From positions 1-52,607 of the forward strand of contig CAXSGP010000008.1 in NCBI GenBank assembly GCA_964236955.1: DNA of 52,607 nucleotides. The letters are read 5' to 3'. The position numbers were made by a program, and so were the translations under genes. The notes under the pieces were generated by a model. The model had not been told where the DNA came from, searched no databases, and saw only the letters and a program-made list of their open reading frames with translations. The DNA comes from an uncultured Oligoflexus sp. GTDB lineage: Bacteria > Bdellovibrionota_B > Oligoflexia > Oligoflexales > Oligoflexaceae. Below are positions 18,272 to 27,633 of this stretch, piece after piece (the first letter of the stretch is position 1; the number at the start of each line of letters is the position of its first letter).

Positions 18272-18925
18272 GGATGCTCCCATTCCAAGGCAGAAGATGA
18301 AACGGGTCTTCGTTTGCATCTTGAAACTCAGTTTTCGGATCTTATCAGCGGCGAATTTGCCTTCCTCGCGACCAGTTCTGGCGATGGTGCCAGTGGAGAT
18401 GATCAATTGGAATGCCTAAGGCATCTTTTTTAAGGATAGCCGACGTTGGCCTGGGCAAACGCCAACATCCCGTCATTGCATTCGATTTTTTAGCCAAAAA
18501 GCCTTCTATAAACACCCAAAACTTCAGGTGCAGTTCAAAATTTAAACGGCGGCTCCTATTTGCCTGCGTCGCATCATGGACCAAAGCATAATCGAAAGGA
18601 ACTCCGTGGGTCCTCAATCTTATGCCAGTCATAATGACTTTATTATAACTAATAGTTGCATTAACATGATGGCCTGCCGATCTTTTTTAATTGGCTCACT
18701 CAGTTAAATTCAGATTTTGCGCTTATTTTTCGCCTAATTATTTATAGAACTCGATTTTATTGATAGAAAAGATATTTCTGTATAGCGCTTTATTGCAACA
18801 AAATGCATTATCAACTTGAGCAGGACTGGGACGCGATGATTTTAGCTTTAGGATCGTTGGGCCTGTCCCTCGATGCCTAAAGTTTGCCTTTAATTCTTGT
18901 TCTCATTGCGCTAAGGAGATTTAAC

Positions 18926-21016
18926 ATGCGTCATTTCCCGTGGATTGCTCTTGTACTCGCTACAAGCCCAGGCCTTCAAGCCGAGGAGCAGCCCGTAGGC
19001 GGCACAGCCTCACCGAAAAAACCACCAGAGGTGGAACACATCGTTGTTACGGCCAATCCCTTCGGTAGCAGCCTTTTCGATTTGGTAACCCCGGTGCAAA
19101 TCCTGACCGACGAGGATCTCACCCAAAAAAACCAGTCGACTTTGGGTGAGACGTTAAACGGTACGCCAGGGATCAGTTCGAGCTATTTCGGTCCCAATGC
19201 CAGTCGGCCTGTGATTCGTGGACAGGATGGTGACCGTATACGCATTATGGAAAATGGCATTGGTTCGTTGGATGCCTCGGCATTGAGTCCCGACCATGCG
19301 ACTACGGTGGATCCTCTTATTTTGCAGCAGGTGGAGATCGTCCGTGGTCCTGCGGCTCTCCTCTATGGAGGCTCAGCGGTCGGTGGCGTTGTCAATACGA
19401 TTGATAATCGTATTCCTTCTGAGCCGATCAAAAGCATTCAGGGTAAGGTTGTGCTGCGAGCCGGAGGTCCCGATCATCAAAAAAGCGGTGCCGCTATTTT
19501 GGAAGGCGGCAATGATTCCTTTGCGATTCATGCCGATACTTATCAAAAAAAATCAGAAAACCTCCAGGTCCCTGGTTTCGTCCGCTCCAAACGCCTGCGC
19601 GAGCTGGATCCTCAGGAGAATGAAGCGAAAGGGGAAATTCCCAACAGCGCGGCTGAGAACCAGGGCGGTGCGGTAGGAGTCTCCGCTCTGTTCCCTAACG
19701 GTTACGCGGGCGTTTCCTATGCTGGCTTTAAATCCGATTATGGAACGGTGGCGGAAGAAGGCGTTACGATTCAGATGCGCAGTGCCCGGACTGACTTTGC
19801 GGCAGAGCTGGGAGACCTGGGACCGCTGGTTGAAAAGGCAAAACTTCGGGTTGGAAAGACGGAATACAAGCACCAGGAAATCGCCGACGGCGAGATCGGG
19901 ACAACTTTTAAAAACCGTGGTTATGAAGGAAGTCTGGAATTGACTCATCGTCCGGTCGGTATCGTCAAGGGCGTGTTTGGCGTCCAGGTTCAGGACTCCC
20001 ACTTCTCAGCACTCGGTGACGAAGCTTTTCTGCCGAAAATTGACAGTGAGTCCCTCGCAGGATTTGTTTATGAAGAGGCGCCCATGGGAGATTTTAAATT
20101 GAGTCTCGGAGCGCGCATGGAAAGCGTAAACCATGATGCAGAGGGTGGTGGACCTGATGATGCGAATAAGCCTGGAGTTCTCCGCTTCGGCGGTTCGCAG
20201 TCAAAATCCTTTGCTCCCCGGAGTTTCTCCCTAGGTGGTCTCTACACGATCCATAGGGGCCTTGGACTGTCCCTTAACATCTCATCCACCCAACGCGCTC
20301 CCACCTACAGTGAAGTCTTTGCCAATGGCCCTCACCTCGCGACGGGGCAATACGAGCTGGGCAGCCGGGATCTGCAAGTGGAAAAGTCCACTCAAGCCGA
20401 ACTCAACCTGCGATGGAAGTCCGGAATGAACACCGGAAGTATCGGTGGGTTTTATAACCATTTCAAAGATTATATAGCACTCTTGAACTCGGGCAACACC
20501 CGACTGGTTGATGGAACACTGAACCCTGCGGCACCGGGCGCAGATGATGAAGTTCTTCCTGAGTATCGCTTCGCAGCTATCCCAGCAGATTTCTATGGCA
20601 GTGAACTGGAAAGCAACTTTCGCCTCATTGAGCGGAACTGGACGTTAGACCTGGGAATCAGAGGGGATTATCTTTTTGCCAAAAACACCGACACGGGCGA
20701 TGCCCTGCCTCGGATCGCTCCCTTTCATGTCGGTGTGAGCCCAATCGCAAAGTCTGGGCCGATCACAACTCGTTTGGACGTGACGTATGCCGGCAAACAG
20801 TCGCGCGTAGGGGACAACGAGCTTCCCACGGATGCCTATACGCTTGTGGACCTGACTTTGAATTGTGACCTCAACCTTGATCGCAGCAATATTGAAGTCT
20901 TTGCGAAGGGGAATAATATCTTCGATGTGGATGCGCGGACCCATAGCTCAACCTTGAAAGATATCGCGCCGCTCGCAGGGCGTGGATTCCTTATTGGGGT
21001 AAAGGGATCTATTTAG
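18926..21016 (+). CDS. TonB-dependent receptor, ZnuD-like (metal uptake) subfamily
   Basis: AAGGAG RBS, signal peptide, TonB box EHIVVTA, plug motifs RPVIRGQDGDRI...SPDHA and EIVRGPAALLYG, and ANGPHLAT in the barrel. Confidence 0.85.
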   Translation: MRHFPWIALVLATSPGLQAEEQPVGGTASPKKPPEVEHIVVTANPFGSSLFDLVTPVQILTDEDLTQKNQSTLGETLNGTPGISSSYFGPNASRPVIRGQDGDRIRIMENGIGSLDASALSPDHATTVDPLILQQVEIVRGPAALLYGGSAVGGVVNTIDNRIPSEPIKSIQGKVVLRAGGPDHQKSGAAILEGGNDSFAIHADTYQKKSENLQVPGFVRSKRLRELDPQENEAKGEIPNSAAENQGGAVGVSALFPNGYAGVSYAGFKSDYGTVAEEGVTIQMRSARTDFAAELGDLGPLVEKAKLRVGKTEYKHQEIADGEIGTTFKNRGYEGSLELTHRPVGIVKGVFGVQVQDSHFSALGDEAFLPKIDSESLAGFVYEEAPMGDFKLSLGARMESVNHDAEGGGPDDANKPGVLRFGGSQSKSFAPRSFSLGGLYTIHRGLGLSLNISSTQRAPTYSEVFANGPHLATGQYELGSRDLQVEKSTQAELNLRWKSGMNTGSIGGFYNHFKDYIALLNSGNTRLVDGTLNPAAPGADDEVLPEYRFAAIPADFYGSELESNFRLIERNWTLDLGIRGDYLFAKNTDTGDALPRIAPFHVGVSPIAKSGPITTRLDVTYAGKQSRVGDNELPTDAYTLVDLTLNCDLNLDRSNIEVFAKGNNIFDVDARTHSSTLKDIAPLAGRGFLIGVKGSI

Positions 21017-21017
21017 T

Positions 21018-21133
21018 GTCGGTCCGGAAATGGGGATGGCAAGGTGCGTGGCCGAAAAAAAGCGGAGTTTATTCCCCATAAATGAGCATTTTTTTCCGCC
21101 GATGAAACGCAGCCATCGCCTTTTCCGGTCAGC
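21018..21133 (+). repeat. Complete copy of the palindromic dispersed repeat (MITE/REP-like)
   Basis: Imperfect terminal inverted repeats CCGGAAATGGGGATGGC / GCCATCGCCTTTTCCGG with nested inner stems. The second copy is at 1-80. Confidence 0.85.
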
Positions 21134-21357
21134 TACTATTTAAGCTCAAGTCGCACCGGGCTGCGGGTAAAAAACAATTCTGAAAAATCCGCCGGCCTCC
21201 TGCTTTCTCCCTGGTCCTGCCGCATGCATCTTGCGTAGCCTAAGAGGCCTTCAGCGGCCGCCTCGATTAGACCTCAGTCAACCTTGAGACGGCCACCGGC
21301 GATCGATGGGTCATCGGCAGACGGTTTTCGCCCTAGACCCCGGCCATGATGCAGGCC

Positions 21358-21945
21358 TCAGTGTCCGGATATTTTATCCAGGGCTAGATTGAGGCGGACG
21401 ACATTTACGCCCGCTTCACCGATAAAACCTAAAAAGGGTCGATCGGTGCTCTCGCTCACCAGAGAATAGATTTGTTCGATCGGCAAATTTCTCTCTTTGG
21501 CCACGCGATGGCTTTGCAATTCGGCATTGCGCGGGCTGATATGCGGGTCCAGGCCGCTTGCAGAAGCCGTCACGGCATCCCCGGGAATCCTGACGTCAGC
21601 AGTCAAGGAATTCATTTTGCGATAGGCTTCAAGGTTTTGAGTCACGCCATCGATGAATTTTTTCGAGATTGGCCCCAGGTTACTTCCAGAAGAGCCTGCA
21701 GCATCATAGCCCTTACCGGCCGCCGAGGGGCGGGACTGAAAATAGCGGGCAGACGTGAAACCTTGACCAATCAGCGCCGATCCAAGGATTTTTCCATCAC
21801 GTTCGATGAGGCTACCCTTTGATTTATCAGCATAAAGCAGGCTGGAGACGCCCCAGACCACGATCGGATAAACGGCACAGAATAAAAAGGCAAAGACTAT
21901 TGTTGCCAGGAAAGATGTCTTTAATTCTTGAAAGAGAATTTTCAT
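21358..21945 (-). CDS. kdpC: K+-transporting ATPase subunit C
   Basis: GSALIGQ, YFQSRPSA, SSGSNLGP, VTASASGLDPHIS, VNVVRLNLALD. Confidence 0.95.
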   Translation of the reverse strand: MKILFQELKTSFLATIVFAFLFCAVYPIVVWGVSSLLYADKSKGSLIERDGKILGSALIGQGFTSARYFQSRPSAAGKGYDAAGSSGSNLGPISKKFIDGVTQNLEAYRKMNSLTADVRIPGDAVTASASGLDPHISPRNAELQSHRVAKERNLPIEQIYSLVSESTDRPFLGFIGEAGVNVVRLNLALDKISGH

Positions 21946-21948
21946 GAT

Positions 21949-23970
21949 TTACACCAAGTGCAAGAGGTTAACGATCAGGTCGATCAACTTGATCCCGACG
22001 AAAGGCACAATGAGGCCGCCTAAACCATAGACTAAAAGGTTCCTACGAAGAATCGCATCCGCACCAAGCGGCCGGAATTTGACCCCGCGCAGAGCGAGAG
22101 GAATCAGCGTGATAATAATAAGGGCATTGAAGATGACAGCGCTCAGAATTGCACTTTGAGAACCAAGGCCCATGATATTAAGGGGGGCGATTTCTGGAAA
22201 GGCACCGATGAGCAGGGCCGGAATAATCGCAAAGTACTTGGCGACGTCATTGGCAATACTAAAAGTCGTAAGTGAGCCCCGCGTCATGAGCAGTTGTTTA
22301 CCGATTTCAACCACCTCAATGAGCTTGGTGGGGTTCGAGTCGAGGTCGACCATGTTGCCCGCTTCCTTAGCGGCCGGTGTCCCTGTATTCATAGCAACAC
22401 CGACATCGGCTTGCGCAAGGGCGGGAGCATCATTGGTACCGTCACCTGTCATTGCTACAAGATGACCTAAGGCCTGCTCCTTCCTGATAAGTGCAAGTTT
22501 ATCTTCGGGAGTTGCCTGGGCAAGATAATCGTCGACTCCCGCTTCAGCCGCGATCGCTGCAGCGGTTAGAGGATTGTCACCCGTTATCATGATCGTGCGG
22601 ATCCCCATAGCCCGGAAACGCTCGAATCGATCCGGAAGACCCCCCTTTACGATATCCTTAAGGTAGATGACGCCAAGGGCACGGCCAGCTTCGGCAACGA
22701 CCAGGGGTGTACCCCCTTTGCGAGAGATGTCCTCGACGATATCCCTGACGGCCTTGGGAAAAGATGCTCCCACGAACTTTTCAACCGAATCAGAAGCCCC
22801 TTTGCGAATCTGACGACCCATCATATCCACGCCACTCATTCGGGTATAAGCTGTGAAAGGCACAAATATTGCTTCGGGAAGGTCCTTAATTTCGCGTGCT
22901 CTTATTCCATATTGTTTAGCAAGCACAACAATGCTTCGACCTTCCGGCGTTTCATCCGCCAATGATGAGAGCTGGGCAGCATCGGCTAATTCCATTTCAC
23001 TGACCCCGGGAGCCGGCACGAACGCGGTCGCTTGACGGTTCCCCAAAGTGATGGTCCCCGTTTTATCCAAAAGGAGAACGTCGACATCCCCAGCCGCTTC
23101 TACGGCCCGGCCACTCATGGCTAAAACATTTTTTTGAACCAGTCGATCAATTCCTGCGATTCCGATCGCCGAGAGAAGCCCCCCAATCGTCGTTGGGATC
23201 AGGCAGACGAGCAGGGCAATGAGGACGGTAATCGTAAAGTTGACACCAAGAAAGGAACCGAAGGGCTTGAGACTCATGACCACGATCAGGAAAATTATAG
23301 TAAGGGCGGAAAGTAAAATGGACAGGGCAATTTCATTGGGAGTCTTCTGGCGTTTGGCACCCTCGATAAGACCAATCATTCTATCCATGAAGCTTTCGCC
23401 GGGATTGGCGGTGACCCTTACTTTGACGAAGTCCGAAAGAACGGTCGTTCCGCCGGTAACTGCGCTTCGATCCCCACCGGCTTCTCTGATAACGGGAGCA
23501 GACTCTCCCGTTATAGCCGATTCATTGACCGTAGCCGCCCCCTCGACAACTTCCCCGTCAGCAGGAATAATCTCCCCGGCCTTGACCAAGATGAAATCAC
23601 CCTTACGCAGAGCCTCAGCGGCAACAGCTTCGATTTTGCCGCCTGGTATCAAACGATTGGCGACAGTCTTGGTTCTTGACTTTCGGAGGGTATCAGCCTG
23701 AGCCTTGCCACGACCCTCAGCCATTGCTTCGGCAAAATTCGCAAAGAGCACGGTGAACCAAAGCCAAAGCGTAATCTGCACGGCAAATCGAATCGATTGG
23801 CCGCTGCCAGCTGAAACGATACAATCAAGGGTGGTAAGGACAGCGCCAATTTCCGTAACGAACATAACCGGATTTTTGATCATCCGGGCGGGACTTAACT
23901 TTATAAAGCTGTCGCGCATCGCTGGCACAACTATCGCTGAGTCGAAAAGAGATAAATTCTTGGCAGCCAT
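21949..23970 (-). CDS. kdpB: K+-transporting P-type ATPase subunit B
   Basis: KNPVMF, TGES, DKTGT, TGDN, GDGTND. Confidence 0.97.
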   Translation of the reverse strand: MAAKNLSLFDSAIVVPAMRDSFIKLSPARMIKNPVMFVTEIGAVLTTLDCIVSAGSGQSIRFAVQITLWLWFTVLFANFAEAMAEGRGKAQADTLRKSRTKTVANRLIPGGKIEAVAAEALRKGDFILVKAGEIIPADGEVVEGAATVNESAITGESAPVIREAGGDRSAVTGGTTVLSDFVKVRVTANPGESFMDRMIGLIEGAKRQKTPNEIALSILLSALTIIFLIVVMSLKPFGSFLGVNFTITVLIALLVCLIPTTIGGLLSAIGIAGIDRLVQKNVLAMSGRAVEAAGDVDVLLLDKTGTITLGNRQATAFVPAPGVSEMELADAAQLSSLADETPEGRSIVVLAKQYGIRAREIKDLPEAIFVPFTAYTRMSGVDMMGRQIRKGASDSVEKFVGASFPKAVRDIVEDISRKGGTPLVVAEAGRALGVIYLKDIVKGGLPDRFERFRAMGIRTIMITGDNPLTAAAIAAEAGVDDYLAQATPEDKLALIRKEQALGHLVAMTGDGTNDAPALAQADVGVAMNTGTPAAKEAGNMVDLDSNPTKLIEVVEIGKQLLMTRGSLTTFSIANDVAKYFAIIPALLIGAFPEIAPLNIMGLGSQSAILSAVIFNALIIITLIPLALRGVKFRPLGADAILRRNLLVYGLGGLIVPFVGIKLIDLIVNLLHLV

Positions 23971-23985
23971 GGGCCTATCCTTTTA

Positions 23986-25716
23986 TCAAAAAAGTTTGCT
24001 GGATGCAGTCATCAGGAAATGTTCCACAATGGGACCGAGTGCAAGGGCCGGAAGAAAGGTCAGGGCTCCAACAATAATCACGGTTCCGATCAGAAGTATC
24101 GTAAAGGTCGCGCCCCCGACCGGAAAGCTGCCAGCCGTCGTGCCGACAAGCTTTTTACGACCGAGACTGCCAGCTAGAGCCAGAACGGGTACTATCAAAA
24201 GAAAGCGGCCCACCAGCATCGCAATTCCTAGCGCGTTATTGTACCAAGGTGTATTTGCCGTCAAGCCAGCGAAGGCCGAACCGTTGTTGGCAGTCGCTGA
24301 GGTAAAGGCGTATAGAATTTCGCTGAACCCATGCGGGCCGGCATTGTTAAGCCCGGCGACACCCGAGGGAGAGACGACAGCCCAAGCCGTAAAGCCCAGG
24401 ATACTGATTGCCGCAATGAGGATGTAGAGCGCCGAAGCCTTCACATCCGCGCCTTCGATCTTTTTTCCAAGATATTCAGGCGTCCTGCCGACCATAAGTC
24501 CGGCGATGAAGATAGCCAGGACCACAAAGATCAACATACCGTAGAGTCCCGCTCCCACGCCCCCGAAGACGACCTCGCCGAATTGCATATTGAGCAAGGT
24601 TACGAAAGCTCCGAGCGGACTAAAAGAATCGTGCATCGCGTTTACCGCTCCACAGGAGGCGGCCGTCGTGATCGTCGCAAAGAGTGAGGATCCAAAGATT
24701 CCAAAGCGAACCTCTTTGCCTTCCATGTTTCCCGCCAGGGAATCGATACCGAGCGCTGTGAGGTGGGGATTGGTCGAAGATTCCGCCCACCAGCAAAGCA
24801 TAAACATGCCGAGGAACAGTGCCGTCATAGCTGACCAAACGGCCCAGCCATGACGCTGATTTTTAACCTTGCGTCCCAGGTAATAGGTTAACGCGCTCGG
24901 GATGAGGAAGATGGATAGCATTTGCATAAAGTTCGAAAGCGGTGTGGGATTTTCAAAAGGGTGGGCGGCATTGGCATTAAAAAAGCCTCCACCGTTGGTC
25001 CCCAGCATCTTTATTGCTACCTGGGAGGCGACTGGACCTTGGGCGATCAGCTGCTGGGCAAGGCCCTCCGGTGCGGTGTCAAGCCAAGTGGCAGCCGTGT
25101 AGGGCATGAAGTTCTGTATAATCCCCTGCGAAACGAGAAAAACCGCGAAGATGACGGATAGAGGGAAAAGCAAATATAACTGAATGCGCACCATGTCGGC
25201 CCAGAAGTTGCCAAGGCCTTTGACTCGGTCGCCTGCTATCCCACGCACCAAAACGGCAGCGATAGCGATACCGACGCCAGCTGATGCGAAATTGTGAAAC
25301 GTCAGCGCCACCATTTGGGAGAAGTAGGACATCGTGCTTTCGCCGCCATAGCTTTGCCAATTGGTATTGGTGGTAAAGCTAGCTGCGGTATTGAAGGCAA
25401 GATGTTCCGAAAGGTTAGCGAACCCCTGAGGATTCAATGGTAAAAACGCCTGAGTCCTGAGTATCACATAGGTGAAGATCATGGAGACGAAGCTGAAGGC
25501 CATGATGCAAAGGCCGTAGCGCTTCCAATCATGTTCCTGGTTTGGATTGACTCTTAAAACCTTATAACAAAGCCTTTCGACCGGCCCTAGCAATGGATCC
25601 AGAAAGGTCTTTTCTTTGGGGTCTAAGACCTTGCAAAGATAAAGGCCAAGGGGCTTGGTCGCTACCAAGAGAAGAATGAGGAAAAATGCTAATTGCATCC
25701 AGCCAAGACTATTCAT
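23986..25716 (-). CDS. kdpA: K+-transporting ATPase subunit A
   Basis: FTTNTNWQSY, LGTNGGG, SCGAVN, NNGSAFAG. Confidence 0.97.
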   Translation of the reverse strand: MNSLGWMQLAFFLILLLVATKPLGLYLCKVLDPKEKTFLDPLLGPVERLCYKVLRVNPNQEHDWKRYGLCIMAFSFVSMIFTYVILRTQAFLPLNPQGFANLSEHLAFNTAASFTTNTNWQSYGGESTMSYFSQMVALTFHNFASAGVGIAIAAVLVRGIAGDRVKGLGNFWADMVRIQLYLLFPLSVIFAVFLVSQGIIQNFMPYTAATWLDTAPEGLAQQLIAQGPVASQVAIKMLGTNGGGFFNANAAHPFENPTPLSNFMQMLSIFLIPSALTYYLGRKVKNQRHGWAVWSAMTALFLGMFMLCWWAESSTNPHLTALGIDSLAGNMEGKEVRFGIFGSSLFATITTAASCGAVNAMHDSFSPLGAFVTLLNMQFGEVVFGGVGAGLYGMLIFVVLAIFIAGLMVGRTPEYLGKKIEGADVKASALYILIAAISILGFTAWAVVSPSGVAGLNNAGPHGFSEILYAFTSATANNGSAFAGLTANTPWYNNALGIAMLVGRFLLIVPVLALAGSLGRKKLVGTTAGSFPVGGATFTILLIGTVIIVGALTFLPALALGPIVEHFLMTASSKLF

Positions 25717-25731
25717 AGAGGGTGTCCTTTC

Positions 25732-25815
25732 TCAGAACTGCTCGGGTCGTATCAGGGTCCAGAAGAGATAAACGAGTGTAAGCAACGCAGAGGCACCAGC
25801 GACTATTTCCATCAT
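25732..25815 (-). CDS. kdpF: KdpF peptide (absent from the ORF track)
   Basis: Hand translation MMEIVAGASALLTLVYLFWTLIRPEQF has the YLxxxLxxPExF KdpF signature and lies directly upstream of kdpA. Confidence 0.9.
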   Translation of the reverse strand: MMEIVAGASALLTLVYLFWTLIRPEQF

Positions 25816-25898
25816 GATCCTATCCTTTCAAAAAATTCCGCGTAAAGGATGCAGACTGTGAAAAACCAAAGAGTGCTTCCGAAATACATAAGGTCCAT
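25812..25898 (-). CDS. Small hydrophobic peptide upstream of kdpF
   Basis: MDLMYFGSTLWFFTVCILYAEFFERIGS (28 aa). AAGGGA RBS. Its stop overlaps the kdpF start (ATGA). Confidence 0.65.
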   Translation of the reverse strand: MDLMYFGSTLWFFTVCILYAEFFERIGS

Positions 25899-25926
25899 AA
25901 TTCATTCCCTTCGATTGGATTTAAGA

Positions 25927-26088
25927 TCATGAGCACAGGTCCTGGTTAATCTTCCGGTTTAAAGCGGCTTCAGCCTTAAAAGTCGATACGGCTTTTGCAC
26001 CATGACTTTGCATCTCGGGAGCGATCGCAGGTATTCTGTGGCGCTTAAGCTCGTCATCAACGATCGGAATTTTAAGTTTTACAGCCAT
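25927..26088 (-). pseudogene. Truncated, degenerate receiver-domain fragment
   Basis: MAVKLKIPIVDDELKRHRIPAIAPEMQSHGAKAVSTFKAEAALNRKINQDLCS (53 aa) resembles the first half of a REC domain (LKIxIVDDE...AVS). An RBS is present. It stops before the phospho-Asp position. Confidence 0.5.
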
Positions 26089-26117
26089 GAACCCATCCTT
26101 TCCTGACGAAAAGCTAT

Positions 26118-26243
26118 ATGCATGGCGTATGCCTCCTGTTGCCTTGGCCCTAACTAACTGATGTTATTTATGAATTTTAAAAAAATCGGGAAGGCCTATG
26201 CAGGTTCCCATTGCATTTTGCAAGGCAGCCTTGCAATTTGTAA
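26118..26243 (-). promoter_or_regulatory. Sigma54-type promoter with IHF site and enhancer-like repeats for kdp
   Basis: AGGCATACGCCATGCAT (GG-N10-GC) at 26118-26134, IHF-like cATCAGttagTTA at 26151-26163, and TTGCATTTTGCAA / TTGCAATTTGTAA at about 26211-26243. Confidence 0.6.
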
Positions 26244-26509
26244 TGTCCCATTCAGCAGATGAGTGCTTCTCTAAGCCATGGGAAACCCTGGCCTCCAGAA
26301 CAGGTGGCCCTCCATTTTACCTTCGCTGAAGGTTGCTAGAGGAGGAATGTCTCTGCATCTTCAGATGCGCACGCTTCGGTCTTTAAAGACTGGCGCGATT
26401 ATTTGCTGGCAGTCGAAATCGAATAGCATAAGCTCATCGTGATTATGTCCTTTGCCTCTTCAAAGAATTTCGGCGAAAAGGGATCGAAAATTCATTTGAA
26501 GGATAGCCA

Positions 26510-27589
26510 ATGAAACTTTCTCTTTTCATCAAATTCCCGCTGGGCATCGCCCTTCCCCTCGCTCTTGCCTCCTGTGGTCCAAGCTCTTCCGACTTAAAGA
26601 TCATAGGGGGCAAGGCCACCCAGGCTCCCGCCTATTTCGTCGCCCTTCACTATGAAGACCGCCAAACCCCATTTTGTGGCGGTACACTGATAGGACCGAA
26701 TCTGGTCCTCACCGCTGCCCATTGTGTAAGCCTTGCGCCTGAGCCTATTGCGGCCTGGGTAGGCCCTGATGATCGCCTTCATCCCCCTCAATCCACCGAG
26801 ATCGAGGCCATAGAAATCCATCCGCAATTTGACACCCGTTCCATTCAGTTCGATTTGGCCTTGATTCATCTTAAAAGTGAGGAACCCGGCGAGCGCCGGC
26901 CTCTCAAGATTCAGGCGACAGGCGACGAGGAATGGACCCAATCTTTTCGTGTTTATGGTTTTGGCAATACAGCGCGAGTCGGCTCGGACTATCCCCGATT
27001 TCTTCAATCCACCCGGGTTGAGGAAATCCCATCCAACACCTGCCAAAGCTTGGGCGGTCCTTATGATTTCGTTTCAGAAAGCCAAGTCTGTGCAGGAGAC
27101 TTCGAAGAAGGAACGCGCGACAGCTGCAACGGCGACTCCGGCGGTCCGCTAGTGAGCGGAGGACGATCGAAACGCCTCTATGGAGTGGTAAGCTGGGGCT
27201 TGGGCTGTGGCATGAAGGGCAAGCCGGGGGTTTATACCCGGGTGAGTGCATTTGCTCCCTGGATCGAGGCGCATCGCGTTCTATCCGAGGATTGGCAGAC
27301 GACTGACTTCATCGGCAGCATATTCTATTTTCCGCTCATCTGGCGCGATCCCACCCAGGCCGGCTTTGCACCGGTTCGAACATTTTCAGCCGTAAATGGA
27401 TTATGGAAGGAGATCTCAGAACTTAAAGGCGAGCCTGTTCAAACCTGGAAACGCGGATATAAGGGCGAAGTGCTAAGCCTGAGCCTCGTGCGGCTAAACA
27501 GCGTTCGCTTTCGATTGCGACTCAACTATAAAAAGAAATCTTTCGAAACCGCCGTGCACTATTCCGAAGGCATTCCTATAAATAAATAA
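26510..27589 (+). CDS. Trypsin-like serine protease lipoprotein (S1)
   Basis: Lipobox LASC, K-IIGG, LTAAHC, DLAL, DSCNGDSGGP, PGVYTRV, plus a ~100-aa C-terminal extension. Confidence 0.92.
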   Translation: MKLSLFIKFPLGIALPLALASCGPSSSDLKIIGGKATQAPAYFVALHYEDRQTPFCGGTLIGPNLVLTAAHCVSLAPEPIAAWVGPDDRLHPPQSTEIEAIEIHPQFDTRSIQFDLALIHLKSEEPGERRPLKIQATGDEEWTQSFRVYGFGNTARVGSDYPRFLQSTRVEEIPSNTCQSLGGPYDFVSESQVCAGDFEEGTRDSCNGDSGGPLVSGGRSKRLYGVVSWGLGCGMKGKPGVYTRVSAFAPWIEAHRVLSEDWQTTDFIGSIFYFPLIWRDPTQAGFAPVRTFSAVNGLWKEISELKGEPVQTWKRGYKGEVLSLSLVRLNSVRFRLRLNYKKKSFETAVHYSEGIPINK

Positions 27590-27613
27590 AAAAAAGATGA
27601 GCCTAGGCTCACC
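27588..27613 (-). terminator. Rho-independent terminator of the metalloprotease gene
   Basis: Minus-strand GGTGAGC-CTAG-GCTCATC followed by T8. Confidence 0.7.
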
Positions 27614-27633
27614 TGCGAAATAATTCCTAGCAT

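Noticed and set aside
18345..18632. 95-aa minus-strand ORF
   Set aside because: No RBS or motif that I could see; it lies in the AT-rich upstream region of the TonB receptor.
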